Assembly: GCA_046537975.1 (NCBI GenBank)
Contig: JBKHJR010000004.1
Coordinates: 556-64,555 of the forward strand
Length of the DNA: 64,000 bases
From: Desulfurivibrionaceae bacterium
Lineage (GTDB): Bacteria > Desulfobacterota > Desulfobulbia > Desulfobulbales > SURF-16
Direction: 5' to 3'
Shown: positions 25,349 to 34,692 of the stretch, piece by piece
Layout of the letters: the number at the start of each line of letters is the position of its first letter
How positions within the stretch are numbered: position 1 is the stretch's first letter
The notes under the pieces: model-generated
The model's input: only the letters and a program-made list of their open reading frames with translations
Databases searched by the model: none
What the model was told of the DNA's origin: nothing
Made by a program: the position numbers and the translations under genes

Positions 25349-26105
25349 GAAGCTCAGCCACCTTATCATGGACAAGATCAGCCAGCTCATGCTTCTGCTT
25401 CATGGTAAACCCCGCGGTGTCAACAGGCTCCCCCACTCGTATGGTTATCCTGCCGGGTCTGGCCAACAGTTTACCTTTGGGCAGGATCTCATAGGTCCCG
25501 GTGATAGCCACGGGTACCATGGGCACTCCGGACTTGACGGCAATCACGGTACTGCCCCCTTTAAATCGTTGCAACCTGCCGTCGGGCGTCCTGGTCCCTT
25601 CAGGAAAAATAATAACCGAACTGCCCCTGGCAATGGTCTTGGCCGCCTCCACCAGGCTCTTCATGGCTTGACGGCCGTGGCTTCTATCCACCTCCAGATA
25701 ACCGGCCAAACGCATGGCCATCCCGAACAGGGGGATCCGGAACAGCTCTTTTTTGGCAAGCCAGCGGAATTCATGGGGGAAAGCGGCGTGCATGGCGAAA
25801 ATATCAAACTGGCTCTGGTGGTTGGCGGCAAAAATATAGGTCTTATCCTTCTCGATATTTTCCATGCCTTCCACAGTAACTTCAACACCGGCGACCTTAA
25901 GCAGGATCCTGGCCCAGAGTGCCGGAACTGCCTGGATCGTTCGGGCGGAGACCCGAAAAACAAGGAGGCCTATAATTCCTGCAATGCTTGCCAGAAAAGT
26001 CAGAATGGGGAGCAGGATCAGGACCAGTGCCCCTCGCGTTCTATCCATGATTTTTTTGGACATTTTTATCCATGTATTTTTATTACCGGCAAGCGGCCTG
26101 CCCAT
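25320..26105 (-). CDS. plsC: 1-acyl-sn-glycerol-3-phosphate acyltransferase
   Basis: ANHQSQFD (HX4D) and IIFPEGTRT motifs with an N-terminal TM helix. The true start may be the internal ATG at 26063. Confidence 0.88.
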   Translation of the reverse strand: MGRPLAGNKNTWIKMSKKIMDRTRGALVLILLPILTFLASIAGIIGLLVFRVSARTIQAVPALWARILLKVAGVEVTVEGMENIEKDKTYIFAANHQSQFDIFAMHAAFPHEFRWLAKKELFRIPLFGMAMRLAGYLEVDRSHGRQAMKSLVEAAKTIARGSSVIIFPEGTRTPDGRLQRFKGGSTVIAVKSGVPMVPVAITGTYEILPKGKLLARPGRITIRVGEPVDTAGFTMKQKHELADLVHDKVAELLKTDGSRKE

Positions 26106-26123
26106 ACCGGGAGTTAATTGTAT

Positions 26124-26150
26124 GAATTTTAATAAATTCAGTATACTGAA
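26124..26150. promoter_or_regulatory. two overlapping perfect palindromes upstream of plsC (candidate operator)
   Basis: GAATTTtaatAAATTC at 26124-26139 overlaps TTCAGTATACTGAA (a 14-bp perfect palindrome) at 26137-26150, 20-45 bp upstream of the annotated plsC start. Confidence 0.3.
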
Positions 26151-26201
26151 CCTGTCTGCTTGATAAGAAAATCAAAAGAAATTCTGATTTAACTTTTAAA
26201 G

Positions 26202-26777
26202 TCAGTGGCAGACCCTTTTTAAAAGCCAGGACATATTAATGCCCAGATCACGCATGGTGTCTAATCCCTCCCGGTCTTCATTTACCTCGCCGGCATTTTT
26301 GCCAATACCTATATTCCAGTATGACGAGCCGACCACTATCATCTCCGAAATGAGGAAGAAGGCATTGAGAGAAGAAAACACCTGGTAGGCCCCTGCTCTC
26401 CTTACCGCTACCACCCCGGCTCCCAGCTTGTGCCTTAACATATTTTCATTGCATCTGGCCACCATGCCGGCCCTCTCAATCAGGGCCCTCATATTGGAGG
26501 AGGCATCGGCAAAATAAGTAGGTGAACCAAGAATTACAGCATCAGCGGCCAGCATCTTTTCGATATAATCATTTACGGAATCCTTATCCACCGAACACCG
26601 TTGATCCTTATTTTCCAGGCATTTGAAACAGGCTATACAGCCCTGCAGGTTTTCGCCGGCCATTTCCACCAATTCCGTCTCAACTCCCTCCCTTTTAACT
26701 TCCTCCAGAACAGCATTGAGAAGAATTGAGGTGTTGCCGCCCTTTCTGGCACTGCCGTTAAAAGCCACCACTTTCAT
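26202..26777 (-). CDS. iron-sulfur flavoprotein / NADPH-dependent FMN reductase family (paralogue)
   Basis: MKVVAFNGSARKGGNT plus CIACFKCLENKDQRC (CX2CX2CX7C). Confidence 0.8.
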   Translation of the reverse strand: MKVVAFNGSARKGGNTSILLNAVLEEVKREGVETELVEMAGENLQGCIACFKCLENKDQRCSVDKDSVNDYIEKMLAADAVILGSPTYFADASSNMRALIERAGMVARCNENMLRHKLGAGVVAVRRAGAYQVFSSLNAFFLISEMIVVGSSYWNIGIGKNAGEVNEDREGLDTMRDLGINMSWLLKRVCH

Positions 26778-26930
26778 AAAAAGCCTCCTTGATATTTTAA
26801 GATTTAAGTTTTCAGGTATCTATGCTATTTAAGTCTACAGTATTCCTGAGCCGACCGGGATAGGGCCATAAGTTCAGAATTAATCTAATATATTTATTTG
26901 AATCTTAAAATCGGAAATTCAAATTCTGCA

Positions 26931-27755
26931 ATGCTCAAACCGCCATACACTTTTTACGAACATCTTTACGTATATCATCTCGATCTTCCCCACATCCCGA
27001 AAGTTAACGATCCCGACCTGATCGGCGTCTGGATGGAAGACGATACAGCCGTCCTGTTTTTTCACAGGGAAAAAGACGCCCTGATAAAAGATATTTGTAA
27101 GGTTAATAAGTGCGAACTTATTTACCAGGCTGATCTGTCCTATCAAGACTGGGAGTCCGGCCAGAATATCACCGGCTTCACCATTGACTCTTTGAGAATA
27201 GCCCCGGTCTGGGATAACGCTCCGGCGGACATCCGGATCGATCCCAGCGTTATTTTCGGCAGCGGCTTTCATCCCACCACCAGGACATGCCTGGAACTCC
27301 TCCTTAAGTATCTTACCACTCCGGAAATCAAAATAAAAAACGTCCTGGATCTGGGTGCCGGAACAGGTCTCCTCTCCATTGCGGCCGCTCATCTGGGTGC
27401 GGAGCAGGTCAGCGCCATAGACAACAACAATCTGGCCTGCCAGGTGGCCGGGGCCAACTGCAGGCTGAATAACGTGGAAGACCGGGTAACGGTTCGGCAG
27501 CAGGATCTTCTAAAACAACCGCCAGATACCGGGGGAAGCGATCTCATAATCGCCAACCTTTACCGGGGCCTCTTGCAGGAACTGTTTTCGCTTCCCGCTT
27601 TCTGGGAAGGTGGATTGTATATCCTTTCCGGTTTTATCCAGCCCATGGAAGCGGATCTGCTGGCCGACCTCCCCTCTTCCAGGATCAGGTTCCTGGAGAG
27701 AAAAAGAAAGGACAGGTGGTGTGTCTGGGTTCTGGCCAACAGGGATATACTATGA
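26931..27755 (+). CDS. prmA: ribosomal protein L11 methyltransferase-like SAM-dependent methyltransferase
   Basis: GSGFHPTTRTCLELL and LDLGAGTGLLSIAAAHLGA motifs. The ORF track starts at a TTG at 26898; the first in-frame ATG is at 26931. Confidence 0.8.
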   Translation: MLKPPYTFYEHLYVYHLDLPHIPKVNDPDLIGVWMEDDTAVLFFHREKDALIKDICKVNKCELIYQADLSYQDWESGQNITGFTIDSLRIAPVWDNAPADIRIDPSVIFGSGFHPTTRTCLELLLKYLTTPEIKIKNVLDLGAGTGLLSIAAAHLGAEQVSAIDNNNLACQVAGANCRLNNVEDRVTVRQQDLLKQPPDTGGSDLIIANLYRGLLQELFSLPAFWEGGLYILSGFIQPMEADLLADLPSSRIRFLERKRKDRWCVWVLANRDIL

Positions 27756-28261
27756 TTACGGATTTAAACAGCTTATACTTCAGCGACGTCACTTACAAGC
27801 TTGATCTTGCCCTAAATCTTTATCGGAAATATCAGGCCGGGTTTGACAGTGACAGATGGATCAGGCAGGAACTGAACAGGCTGGATGACCTGATTGACGC
27901 CCTGCAGCAGAAAATGGCTTCCCTGGCTATGTTCAGTATCTGTACGGAATGCGGCCGGAAAAGCGGCGGAGGCTGTTGTTCCGCCTTTATGGCCGGAGAG
28001 ACTGACAGCATTCTAATTCTGATTAATCTGTTGCTGGGTGTGGATGTTGATTTTCAGCAGGATAACGGACCTGAATGTGTCTATTTAGGAGATAACGGCT
28101 GTATTTTCAAGGCCAAGCCCATGTTCTGCCTCAACTATAACTGCAGTGCCATTTATGAAATAAATCCCGGAACCGAAATTGCTGAAATGGAAGAAGCTGC
28201 AGGTAACGTGCTCCGTCAGCAGTACAAAGTGGAACAGCATCTGCTCCGCTATCTGGTATAA
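27752..28261 (+). CDS. YkgJ-like Cys-cluster (CxxCxxCC) protein
   Basis: CTECGRKSGGGCCSAF ... CVYLGDNGCIFKAKPMFCLNYNC resembles the UPF0153/YkgJ zinc/iron-chelating domain. The ATG at 27752 forms an ATGA overlap with the prmA stop. Confidence 0.6.
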   Translation: MITDLNSLYFSDVTYKLDLALNLYRKYQAGFDSDRWIRQELNRLDDLIDALQQKMASLAMFSICTECGRKSGGGCCSAFMAGETDSILILINLLLGVDVDFQQDNGPECVYLGDNGCIFKAKPMFCLNYNCSAIYEINPGTEIAEMEEAAGNVLRQQYKVEQHLLRYLV

Positions 28262-28279
28262 GGTAAATCCTGTAATCCT

Positions 28280-29917
28280 TTAGTCAGGAAGCGGCAGAGT
28301 AAAGCTTATGGCCGCCCCTGATCCTTCCTGATTATTTGCCGCCCTGACTGTTCCCCCATGACCTTCAACAAGCTGTTTCACTATGGCAAGACCCAGACCG
28401 GTCCCGTTCCTTTTACCGGTATAAAAAGGATCAAATATCTTATTAAGACTGTTTTCAGTAAAACCTTCTCCGGTATCAGATACCTCTATAACGACCGGAT
28501 CGTCATTACCTTCTGTTTCATTTACTGATATGTTGATTACTCCATTCTTATTTCCCATGGCTTCCGCGGCATTATCGATCAGGTTTATAAGCACCTGCTT
28601 GAGCTGGGCCCTGTCCCCCCAGACATCCATATTTTCCGGGAAGTCCTTCTTCACCCTGTAGGAATCAGACCATCCTGCATGCTGTTGACTGAACAACTCA
28701 ACAACTTCGTCAACAATACCGGAAAGAGAGGCCCATTCCTTTTCCGGAACAGCAGGTTTGGAAAACTGCAGAAAATCGCGGATGGTAATCTCCAGCCTTT
28801 TACTCTCCCGGCTGATAATCTTTATAAGACCCTTCTGGGCACTGTTGTCAGGAATATCTTTATTCAACACCTGGCTTGCTCCTGAAATGGCGGCTATGGG
28901 ATTACGGAACTCATGGGCGAGACCGGCTGCCATTTTACCGACTGCCGCCATTTTCTCGGACTGGCGGACTTTATCCTCCATTTCCTTGATCCGGCTCAAG
29001 TCCTGCATGGTATAAACCCGGCTTTCGCCGGCATCCCGGTCTATATTCAAGGGGGTCCAGGAGTAGCCCACCGGGATTTCAGCCCCGTCCTTTCTGGTCA
29101 GCCAGACCATAGGCCGGTCTTCCCTGTCGGATTTTTTTTCCATATAAAGTTGAGGCAGATAATCGGCCAAATTCCAGCCTTCTATTTCCGAACTCGAATA
29201 GCCGATTATGTTCTCGGCTGCTCTGTTACAGGACGTGATATTTCCCCGGGCATCGACTGTCAGTATGCCGGTGCTGACATCATCGAAGATCTGCTTGTAA
29301 AGATAGGATAGTTGATCAAGATCGCGGCTTGTCGCGGTAAGAGCCTTTTCCATGCTGTAGAGACGTTCAATAAGGAGAGAACTCAAGATAGCGACCAGAA
29401 AGTAACTGATTCCGAATACGGCAAAATGGTGAAGGCCTGTTTCGGGATTACTCAGGTGGGATATAAAACCCGGAATGACACGGGCGGAAATCCCGGTATA
29501 TTCCGCATATAATACCATTCCGTAGCACAGAGTGGTAATGGACGCCATGAGCAGACCGCCCTTAAGGCGCAGCAAAAATGCACCGCAGATAATGGGGAAA
29601 AAATAGATGATGGTAAAAATCGATTGGCTGCTCTGGGTGAAAATAATCAGGATGGAGGTAAGAATAATGTCAGTGATTATCTGCAGACAGGAAAAAGTCC
29701 TGAGATAAGGCAGTCTTCTGGCTATAAAAGCGGAAATAATGGTGAAAACGTAAACAAAGGCGGTAAAGATAATCACATGGTCAATAGAGGCGTAAATAAG
29801 ATCCACTTCCCCCTGCTCCAGAATAACCGTAATACCGAGGCTGACGGTAATAAGGAGAACCCGGAAAAAGAGAATCCATAACAGGATCTTTTTCATCTGA
29901 TCGTGATCTTCTTTCAC
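28280..29917 (-). CDS. sensor histidine kinase, PilS/NtrB-like architecture (about 6 TM + PAS + HisKA + HATPase)
   Basis: Six N-terminal hydrophobic helices, then a PAS-like region. H-box LAHEFRNPIAAISGASQVL, N box IDNAAEA, G boxes DTGEGF and GTGLGL. Confidence 0.85.
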   Translation of the reverse strand: MKEDHDQMKKILLWILFFRVLLITVSLGITVILEQGEVDLIYASIDHVIIFTAFVYVFTIISAFIARRLPYLRTFSCLQIITDIILTSILIIFTQSSQSIFTIIYFFPIICGAFLLRLKGGLLMASITTLCYGMVLYAEYTGISARVIPGFISHLSNPETGLHHFAVFGISYFLVAILSSLLIERLYSMEKALTATSRDLDQLSYLYKQIFDDVSTGILTVDARGNITSCNRAAENIIGYSSSEIEGWNLADYLPQLYMEKKSDREDRPMVWLTRKDGAEIPVGYSWTPLNIDRDAGESRVYTMQDLSRIKEMEDKVRQSEKMAAVGKMAAGLAHEFRNPIAAISGASQVLNKDIPDNSAQKGLIKIISRESKRLEITIRDFLQFSKPAVPEKEWASLSGIVDEVVELFSQQHAGWSDSYRVKKDFPENMDVWGDRAQLKQVLINLIDNAAEAMGNKNGVINISVNETEGNDDPVVIEVSDTGEGFTENSLNKIFDPFYTGKRNGTGLGLAIVKQLVEGHGGTVRAANNQEGSGAAISFTLPLPD

Positions 29918-31293
29918 TCTATATTGTATTTTTTGATTTTGTAGCGCAGGGAGCGGAAGCTGATCTGCAGAAGATCAGCCGCTTTCATCTTGGAATTACC
30001 GGCCTTTTGCAGGGCAAGTTGAATAAATTCCTTTTCCAGACTGACCATTACTTTTTCAAGACCGTGTTCGAAAAGTTCCTTTTCACTTGCAACTGACGGG
30101 ATACCGGTCCGCTTCTCAGCACTGTCCTCTTTTATCGAAGACGGACTCAGTACATTCAAACTCTCCGGAAGAATGAGGTTGGAGGTTGCCATTGCTACCC
30201 CGCGTTCAATTATGTTTTCAAGCTCCCTGACATTTCCTGGAAAATCATATCCCATCAGGACTTCCAGGGCATAGGAGGACAGAGTCGGAGCCTCTTTGTT
30301 GAAGGCCTGAGAATACTTTCTGAGAAAATAGTCAGCCAGAAGCGGGATATCCTCCTTCCGCTCCCGGAGAGGCGGAACACGCATGGGGACCACAGCCAGG
30401 CGGTAATAAAGATCTTCCCGGAAACGTTCCGCCCTTATCTCTTCTTCCAGGTCCCGGTTGGTAGCGGAAATGATCCGGACATTGACCTGTCTGGCCCGGT
30501 TGTCACCGACCCTTTTGACCTCCCGCTCCTGAAGAAACCGAAGCAGTTTGGTCTGAACCTGGGGGGACAGCTCACCTATTTCATCAAAAAAGGCGGTGCC
30601 CTGGTCCGCGGTTACCAGAAGACCGGTTTTATCGGTATCCGCTCCGGTGAAAGCGCCTTTCCTGTAGCCAAACAGTTCACTCTCAAAAAGAGTCTCGGGG
30701 ATAGCATTGCATATTACCGGAACAAAATGTCTGGCTGCCGCCTCACTCTGTTGGTGTATTGCCTTGGCCACCAGCTCCTTGCCCGTACCGGATTCTCCGT
30801 AGATCAGAACATTGGCGTGAGTCGGACCGATTTTTTTTATCCTGTCAAAAAGCTGCCTCATGGTCCTGCTATTGCCGACAATATCCCGAAACCCGTTTTC
30901 TGACTCACCATCTCTGGAGACGGCATTTGTTTCAATGCTGCTGGCCAAGGCTGAACGGATAACAGCAATCAACTCTTCGATCTGGAAGGGCTTGGTCAGG
31001 TAATCAAAGGCCCCGTATTTCATGGCACTGACCGCGTCTTCCGGAGAAGCAAAGGCGGTTATCAGTATAAAAGGCAGAGAGCTGATCTCTTTGACTGAAC
31101 TGAGAAGGTCAAGTCCTCCCATCCCCTCCATCTTTATGTCAGAGACCACAAGATCAACATTTTCCCGTTTAATTATTTTTAGGGCGCTGTTGCCGTCTGC
31201 GGCTGTCTGAACCGAGTAGCCTTCCTTCTCCAGGAAGATCTTGAGGAATTCCCGCATGCTCAGTTCATCATCGACTATCAGTATGGTAGGCAT
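29914..31293 (-). CDS. sigma-54-dependent response regulator (NtrC/PilR family enhancer-binding protein)
   Basis: Receiver domain (MPTILIVDDE...DLVVSDIKM), AAA+ domain (GESGTGKELVAKAIH, GAFTGA, ESELFGY) and a C-terminal Fis-type HTH. Start set at the ATG at 31293; the ORF-track extension to 31440 looks non-coding. Confidence 0.88.
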   Translation of the reverse strand: MPTILIVDDELSMREFLKIFLEKEGYSVQTAADGNSALKIIKRENVDLVVSDIKMEGMGGLDLLSSVKEISSLPFILITAFASPEDAVSAMKYGAFDYLTKPFQIEELIAVIRSALASSIETNAVSRDGESENGFRDIVGNSRTMRQLFDRIKKIGPTHANVLIYGESGTGKELVAKAIHQQSEAAARHFVPVICNAIPETLFESELFGYRKGAFTGADTDKTGLLVTADQGTAFFDEIGELSPQVQTKLLRFLQEREVKRVGDNRARQVNVRIISATNRDLEEEIRAERFREDLYYRLAVVPMRVPPLRERKEDIPLLADYFLRKYSQAFNKEAPTLSSYALEVLMGYDFPGNVRELENIIERGVAMATSNLILPESLNVLSPSSIKEDSAEKRTGIPSVASEKELFEHGLEKVMVSLEKEFIQLALQKAGNSKMKAADLLQISFRSLRYKIKKYNIE

Positions 31294-31512
31294 CTTTCGT
31301 CCTGAATTCAGAGTTAGGGTTAAGGGGGCCCCAGATCTCATTTCCCAAATTTCACTTGCTGACCATGACAAGTTGCGGTTAATATAATAAGATTGCCAAC
31401 AAACCTCTCTTAAATTAATTAGACTGTGCAAAAATCGCAAACACTATTGAAAAAGCAATCATAAATTCAATATACAATCTGCCGTGACCGTATTAGGTCA
31501 GCAACAACCAGT

Positions 31513-32787
31513 ATGTCTCCCACTGTATTTTCTACAGCCTTTAAAATTTATCAATGGTGCTGGAATCTGGCTATTCCCGTACTCTACTTCCACGGACGCC
31601 TGAAAGAGGGCTTTACGGAAAGGACTGTAAAGAAGCAGCCCTCCCGGGCTGATCTCTGGATACAGGCGGCCTCAGTGGGAGAAGCCTATCTTGCCCTGGA
31701 AGTATTGTCCGGCCTCAACAGCTCCGGACCACTTAGAGTTCTCCTTACCACCAATACCGGCCAGGGCAAAGAGGTTATAGAAAAAGCACTCCGGAATCAA
31801 GAATTTGACATCTCTAATCTGACTGTGGAGAGGGCGTTTTTTCCTTTCGACAACCCCAAGCTTATGGAAAAAGCGGTTACAGCCGCAGATCCCCGGCTGG
31901 TAGTACTTTTAGAAAGTGAATTGTGGCCGGGGCTTTTGACGGTCTGCAAAAATAAGGGGGTGAAGGTACTGGTGATTAACGGCCGCATGACCGAAAAAAG
32001 CCTGAGATATTACCGGTTGTGGCCTACGTTCTGGAGAAAAATCCGTCCTGATAGGGTCATGGCAATGTCTGATGAAGATGCCAGACGCTTCAGAAGACTT
32101 TTCGGCACTGAGGTAGTCGGGAAAATGCCTAATCTTAAATTTGACCGCATCAGTACCAGCCCTCCCCTGGCCGGTGTTCAGAACCCCCTTACCGACCTCC
32201 TTCCTCCCGATTCCCTGTTTATAGTTTTGGCTTCTGTAAGACAGGGAGAAGAAAGGGAAGTCAGGGAACTGATCTCTGACCTTCTAAGGAGGCATCCGCG
32301 AGTAATAATCGGACTCTTCCCCCGTCATATGCACCGTATAAAGTCCTGGCGGAAAAGACTTGCCGGGATATCAGCAGACTGGATATCCCGCTCCCGGCTG
32401 ACCAAACCGGCAAACAAAGGCCAGGTTATCCTGTGGGACAGAATGGGAGAACTCTCTTCGGCCTATAGCTTGGCCCGGGCCGTTTTTGTGGGAGGAAGCC
32501 TCGCTCCCCTGGGAGGCCAAAACTTTCTGGAACCTCTTGTCCATGGAATCAGGCCTGTTATCGGTCCCAACTGGTCCAATTTCCACTGGGTAGGCCGGCA
32601 GATAATCGATCAGGGACTGGTTCAGGAGGCCGGGGACAGGCAGGAGTGTTTGGCCTTACTTGAAAATGACCTTATTCAGCCCCAGGACCGTGAAAAAAAC
32701 CGCAGATACGCTCTCGCCTATTTTGAAGCCTATAGAGGAGGGACCCGGATCGCGGTTGCCGAGATTAACTCCATGCTGGACAACTGA
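31513..32787 (+). CDS. waaA: 3-deoxy-D-manno-octulosonic acid (Kdo) transferase
   Basis: 424 aa. LWIQAASVGEAYLALEVL and the overall GT30 pattern; followed by kdsB. Confidence 0.85.
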   Translation: MSPTVFSTAFKIYQWCWNLAIPVLYFHGRLKEGFTERTVKKQPSRADLWIQAASVGEAYLALEVLSGLNSSGPLRVLLTTNTGQGKEVIEKALRNQEFDISNLTVERAFFPFDNPKLMEKAVTAADPRLVVLLESELWPGLLTVCKNKGVKVLVINGRMTEKSLRYYRLWPTFWRKIRPDRVMAMSDEDARRFRRLFGTEVVGKMPNLKFDRISTSPPLAGVQNPLTDLLPPDSLFIVLASVRQGEEREVRELISDLLRRHPRVIIGLFPRHMHRIKSWRKRLAGISADWISRSRLTKPANKGQVILWDRMGELSSAYSLARAVFVGGSLAPLGGQNFLEPLVHGIRPVIGPNWSNFHWVGRQIIDQGLVQEAGDRQECLALLENDLIQPQDREKNRRYALAYFEAYRGGTRIAVAEINSMLDN

Positions 32788-32811
32788 AAACCCGATACCT
32801 GTAATAAGATT

Positions 32812-33555
32812 ATGGCCGATAAACCAAAATGCTATGGTATTATACCCAGCCGTTATGCCTCATCCCGCTTTATAGGCAAACCTCTGGCCGAGATCCGCGG
32901 CAAGCCCATGATATGGCATGTCTACACCAGGGCCTGCCGCTGCTCTGTTCTGGAGAAAGTAGTCCTGGCCACGGACAGTGAAAAAATATATGCGGCAGCA
33001 AAAAATCTGGATATTCCCGTCCTGATGACCAGCCCGGATCACAGTTGCGGTACGGAAAGAGTGCTGGAAGCCGCCGGTATTATGGAGATAGATGACAATG
33101 ATATAATTCTCAACATCCAGGGGGACGAACCTGCCCTGGAACCGGAAATGTTATCGGAACTGGCCTCACCTTTCAGCAGCCCGGAAGTACAGGTCTCCAC
33201 TCTGGCCCGCCCCATAAGCGCCGCCGAGGCCGAGGATCCTGATCAGGTCAAGGTGGTAATTTCCGGGGACAACCGGGCCCTCTACTTTTCAAGATCCATG
33301 ATCCCTTACCCGAGAGATGGCATATCCGAAGGTTTTTACGGCCATATCGGCCTCTACGGCTTCCGGATGAAGACCCTGAAAAAATTCGTCGAGCTGGACA
33401 AAGGCTTCCTTGAAAAAAAGGAAAAACTGGAACAGCTGCGGCTGCTGGAAAACGGGATCCCCATTAACGTAGTAACCACTTCCCACCGGGGACATGGAGT
33501 TGACCGGCCTGAAGATATTGACGTAATCGAACAGATCCTTCAGGGAGAAAAATAA
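32812..33555 (+). CDS. kdsB: 3-deoxy-manno-octulosonate cytidylyltransferase (CMP-Kdo synthetase)
   Basis: [30 protein letters not shown] and NIQGDEP motifs. Confidence 0.9.
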   Translation: MADKPKCYGIIPSRYASSRFIGKPLAEIRGKPMIWHVYTRACRCSVLEKVVLATDSEKIYAAAKNLDIPVLMTSPDHSCGTERVLEAAGIMEIDDNDIILNIQGDEPALEPEMLSELASPFSSPEVQVSTLARPISAAEAEDPDQVKVVISGDNRALYFSRSMIPYPRDGISEGFYGHIGLYGFRMKTLKKFVELDKGFLEKKEKLEQLRLLENGIPINVVTTSHRGHGVDRPEDIDVIEQILQGEK

Positions 33556-33561
33556 GATCTT

Positions 33562-34692
33562 ATGCGGCTGGCCTTCTGTATCTTCAGTTACTTTCCGTAC
33601 GGCGGTCTGGAAAGAAATTTCAAATCTGTAGCAGATGAATGTGCGGCGCGGGGACATGAAGTTGACGTATATACCATGCAGTGGGATGGAAGTCTCCCTG
33701 AATCCCTTAATCTAAAGATCCTGCCTGTCAGGGGATGGAGTAACCACCGCAGGGCAGAAGATTATGTCCGGAAGCTGCAGGCCGGACTTCAGGAAAAACC
33801 CGCCCACCTGGTTATCGGTTTTAACAAGATGCCCGGACTGGACCTGTACTATGCCGGCGATACCTGCTATCTGGACAGGATCGGGAGAGAGAGAGGACTG
33901 CTTTCCAGACTGACTCCCAGATACAGGATTTTGTCAGGCTTTGAAAAGGCGGTATTTTCTCCTGAGTCAAAAACGGAAATAATCTATCTCTCGGAAAAAG
34001 AAAAAAAGATATACCAGGAGCTTTACCACACCCAGGAAGTTAGGTTTCATTACGCCCCGCCGGGGGTGAATAAAGACCTTATCCGCTCCCGGCTCAAAAA
34101 GGGAAAAAAAGGCGGGGCCGGATCGGACCTGGGACTGGCCGAAAATGACAACCTGCTTCTTATGATCGGCTCTAATTTTCATACCAAGGGGGTACACAGA
34201 TCCATCAGGGCTCTTGCCTCACTGCCTTCTTCCTTGCTTAATAAAACTTGGCTTGTGATTATAGGTCGGGGTAATGAAAGAAAATACAAGAGGATGGCCC
34301 GCCGTCTTCGGATCCATGACCGGGTTATTTTCCTGGGAGGCAGAGATGATGTCCCCGCTTTTCTGGCTGATGCTGATCTGGTGCTGCAGCCTTCTTTGAA
34401 TGAAAATACCGGCAATCCCATAGTGGAGGCAATAACTGCCGGAGTACCGGTACTGGCTACGGAAAACTGCGGGTTTTCCAGACATATCAAGGCATCCGGC
34501 GCAGGAAGGGTAATCCCCTGCAACCCCTTTAATCAGGAAACAATGAATCGTCTTCTCCGGGATGTATTACTTGCCCCTGACCGGGCTAACTGGCACCAAC
34601 TGGCCTTATCCTACTCAGACCGGGTTGATCTTTACAGCCGTATACCCACGATAGTCGGGACAATAGAGGAAATAGGCGGGACCGGAACATGA
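33562..34692 (+). CDS. glycosyltransferase family 4 (WaaG/RfaG-like LPS core glycosyltransferase)
   Basis: MRLAFCIFSYFPYGGLERNF N-terminus and a C-terminal E...NTGNPIVEAITAGVPVLATENCG (EX7E-like) region. Confidence 0.75.
   Translation: MRLAFCIFSYFPYGGLERNFKSVADECAARGHEVDVYTMQWDGSLPESLNLKILPVRGWSNHRRAEDYVRKLQAGLQEKPAHLVIGFNKMPGLDLYYAGDTCYLDRIGRERGLLSRLTPRYRILSGFEKAVFSPESKTEIIYLSEKEKKIYQELYHTQEVRFHYAPPGVNKDLIRSRLKKGKKGGAGSDLGLAENDNLLLMIGSNFHTKGVHRSIRALASLPSSLLNKTWLVIIGRGNERKYKRMARRLRIHDRVIFLGGRDDVPAFLADADLVLQPSLNENTGNPIVEAITAGVPVLATENCGFSRHIKASGAGRVIPCNPFNQETMNRLLRDVLLAPDRANWHQLALSYSDRVDLYSRIPTIVGTIEEIGGTGT

Noticed and set aside
31294-31440. N-terminal 49-aa extension of the response regulator ORF (MRFLHSLINLREVCW...).
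   Set aside because: Receiver domains start within a few residues of the (I/V)L(I/V)VDD motif, and an ATG directly precedes MPTILIVDDE. The extension has no SD and reads as non-coding.
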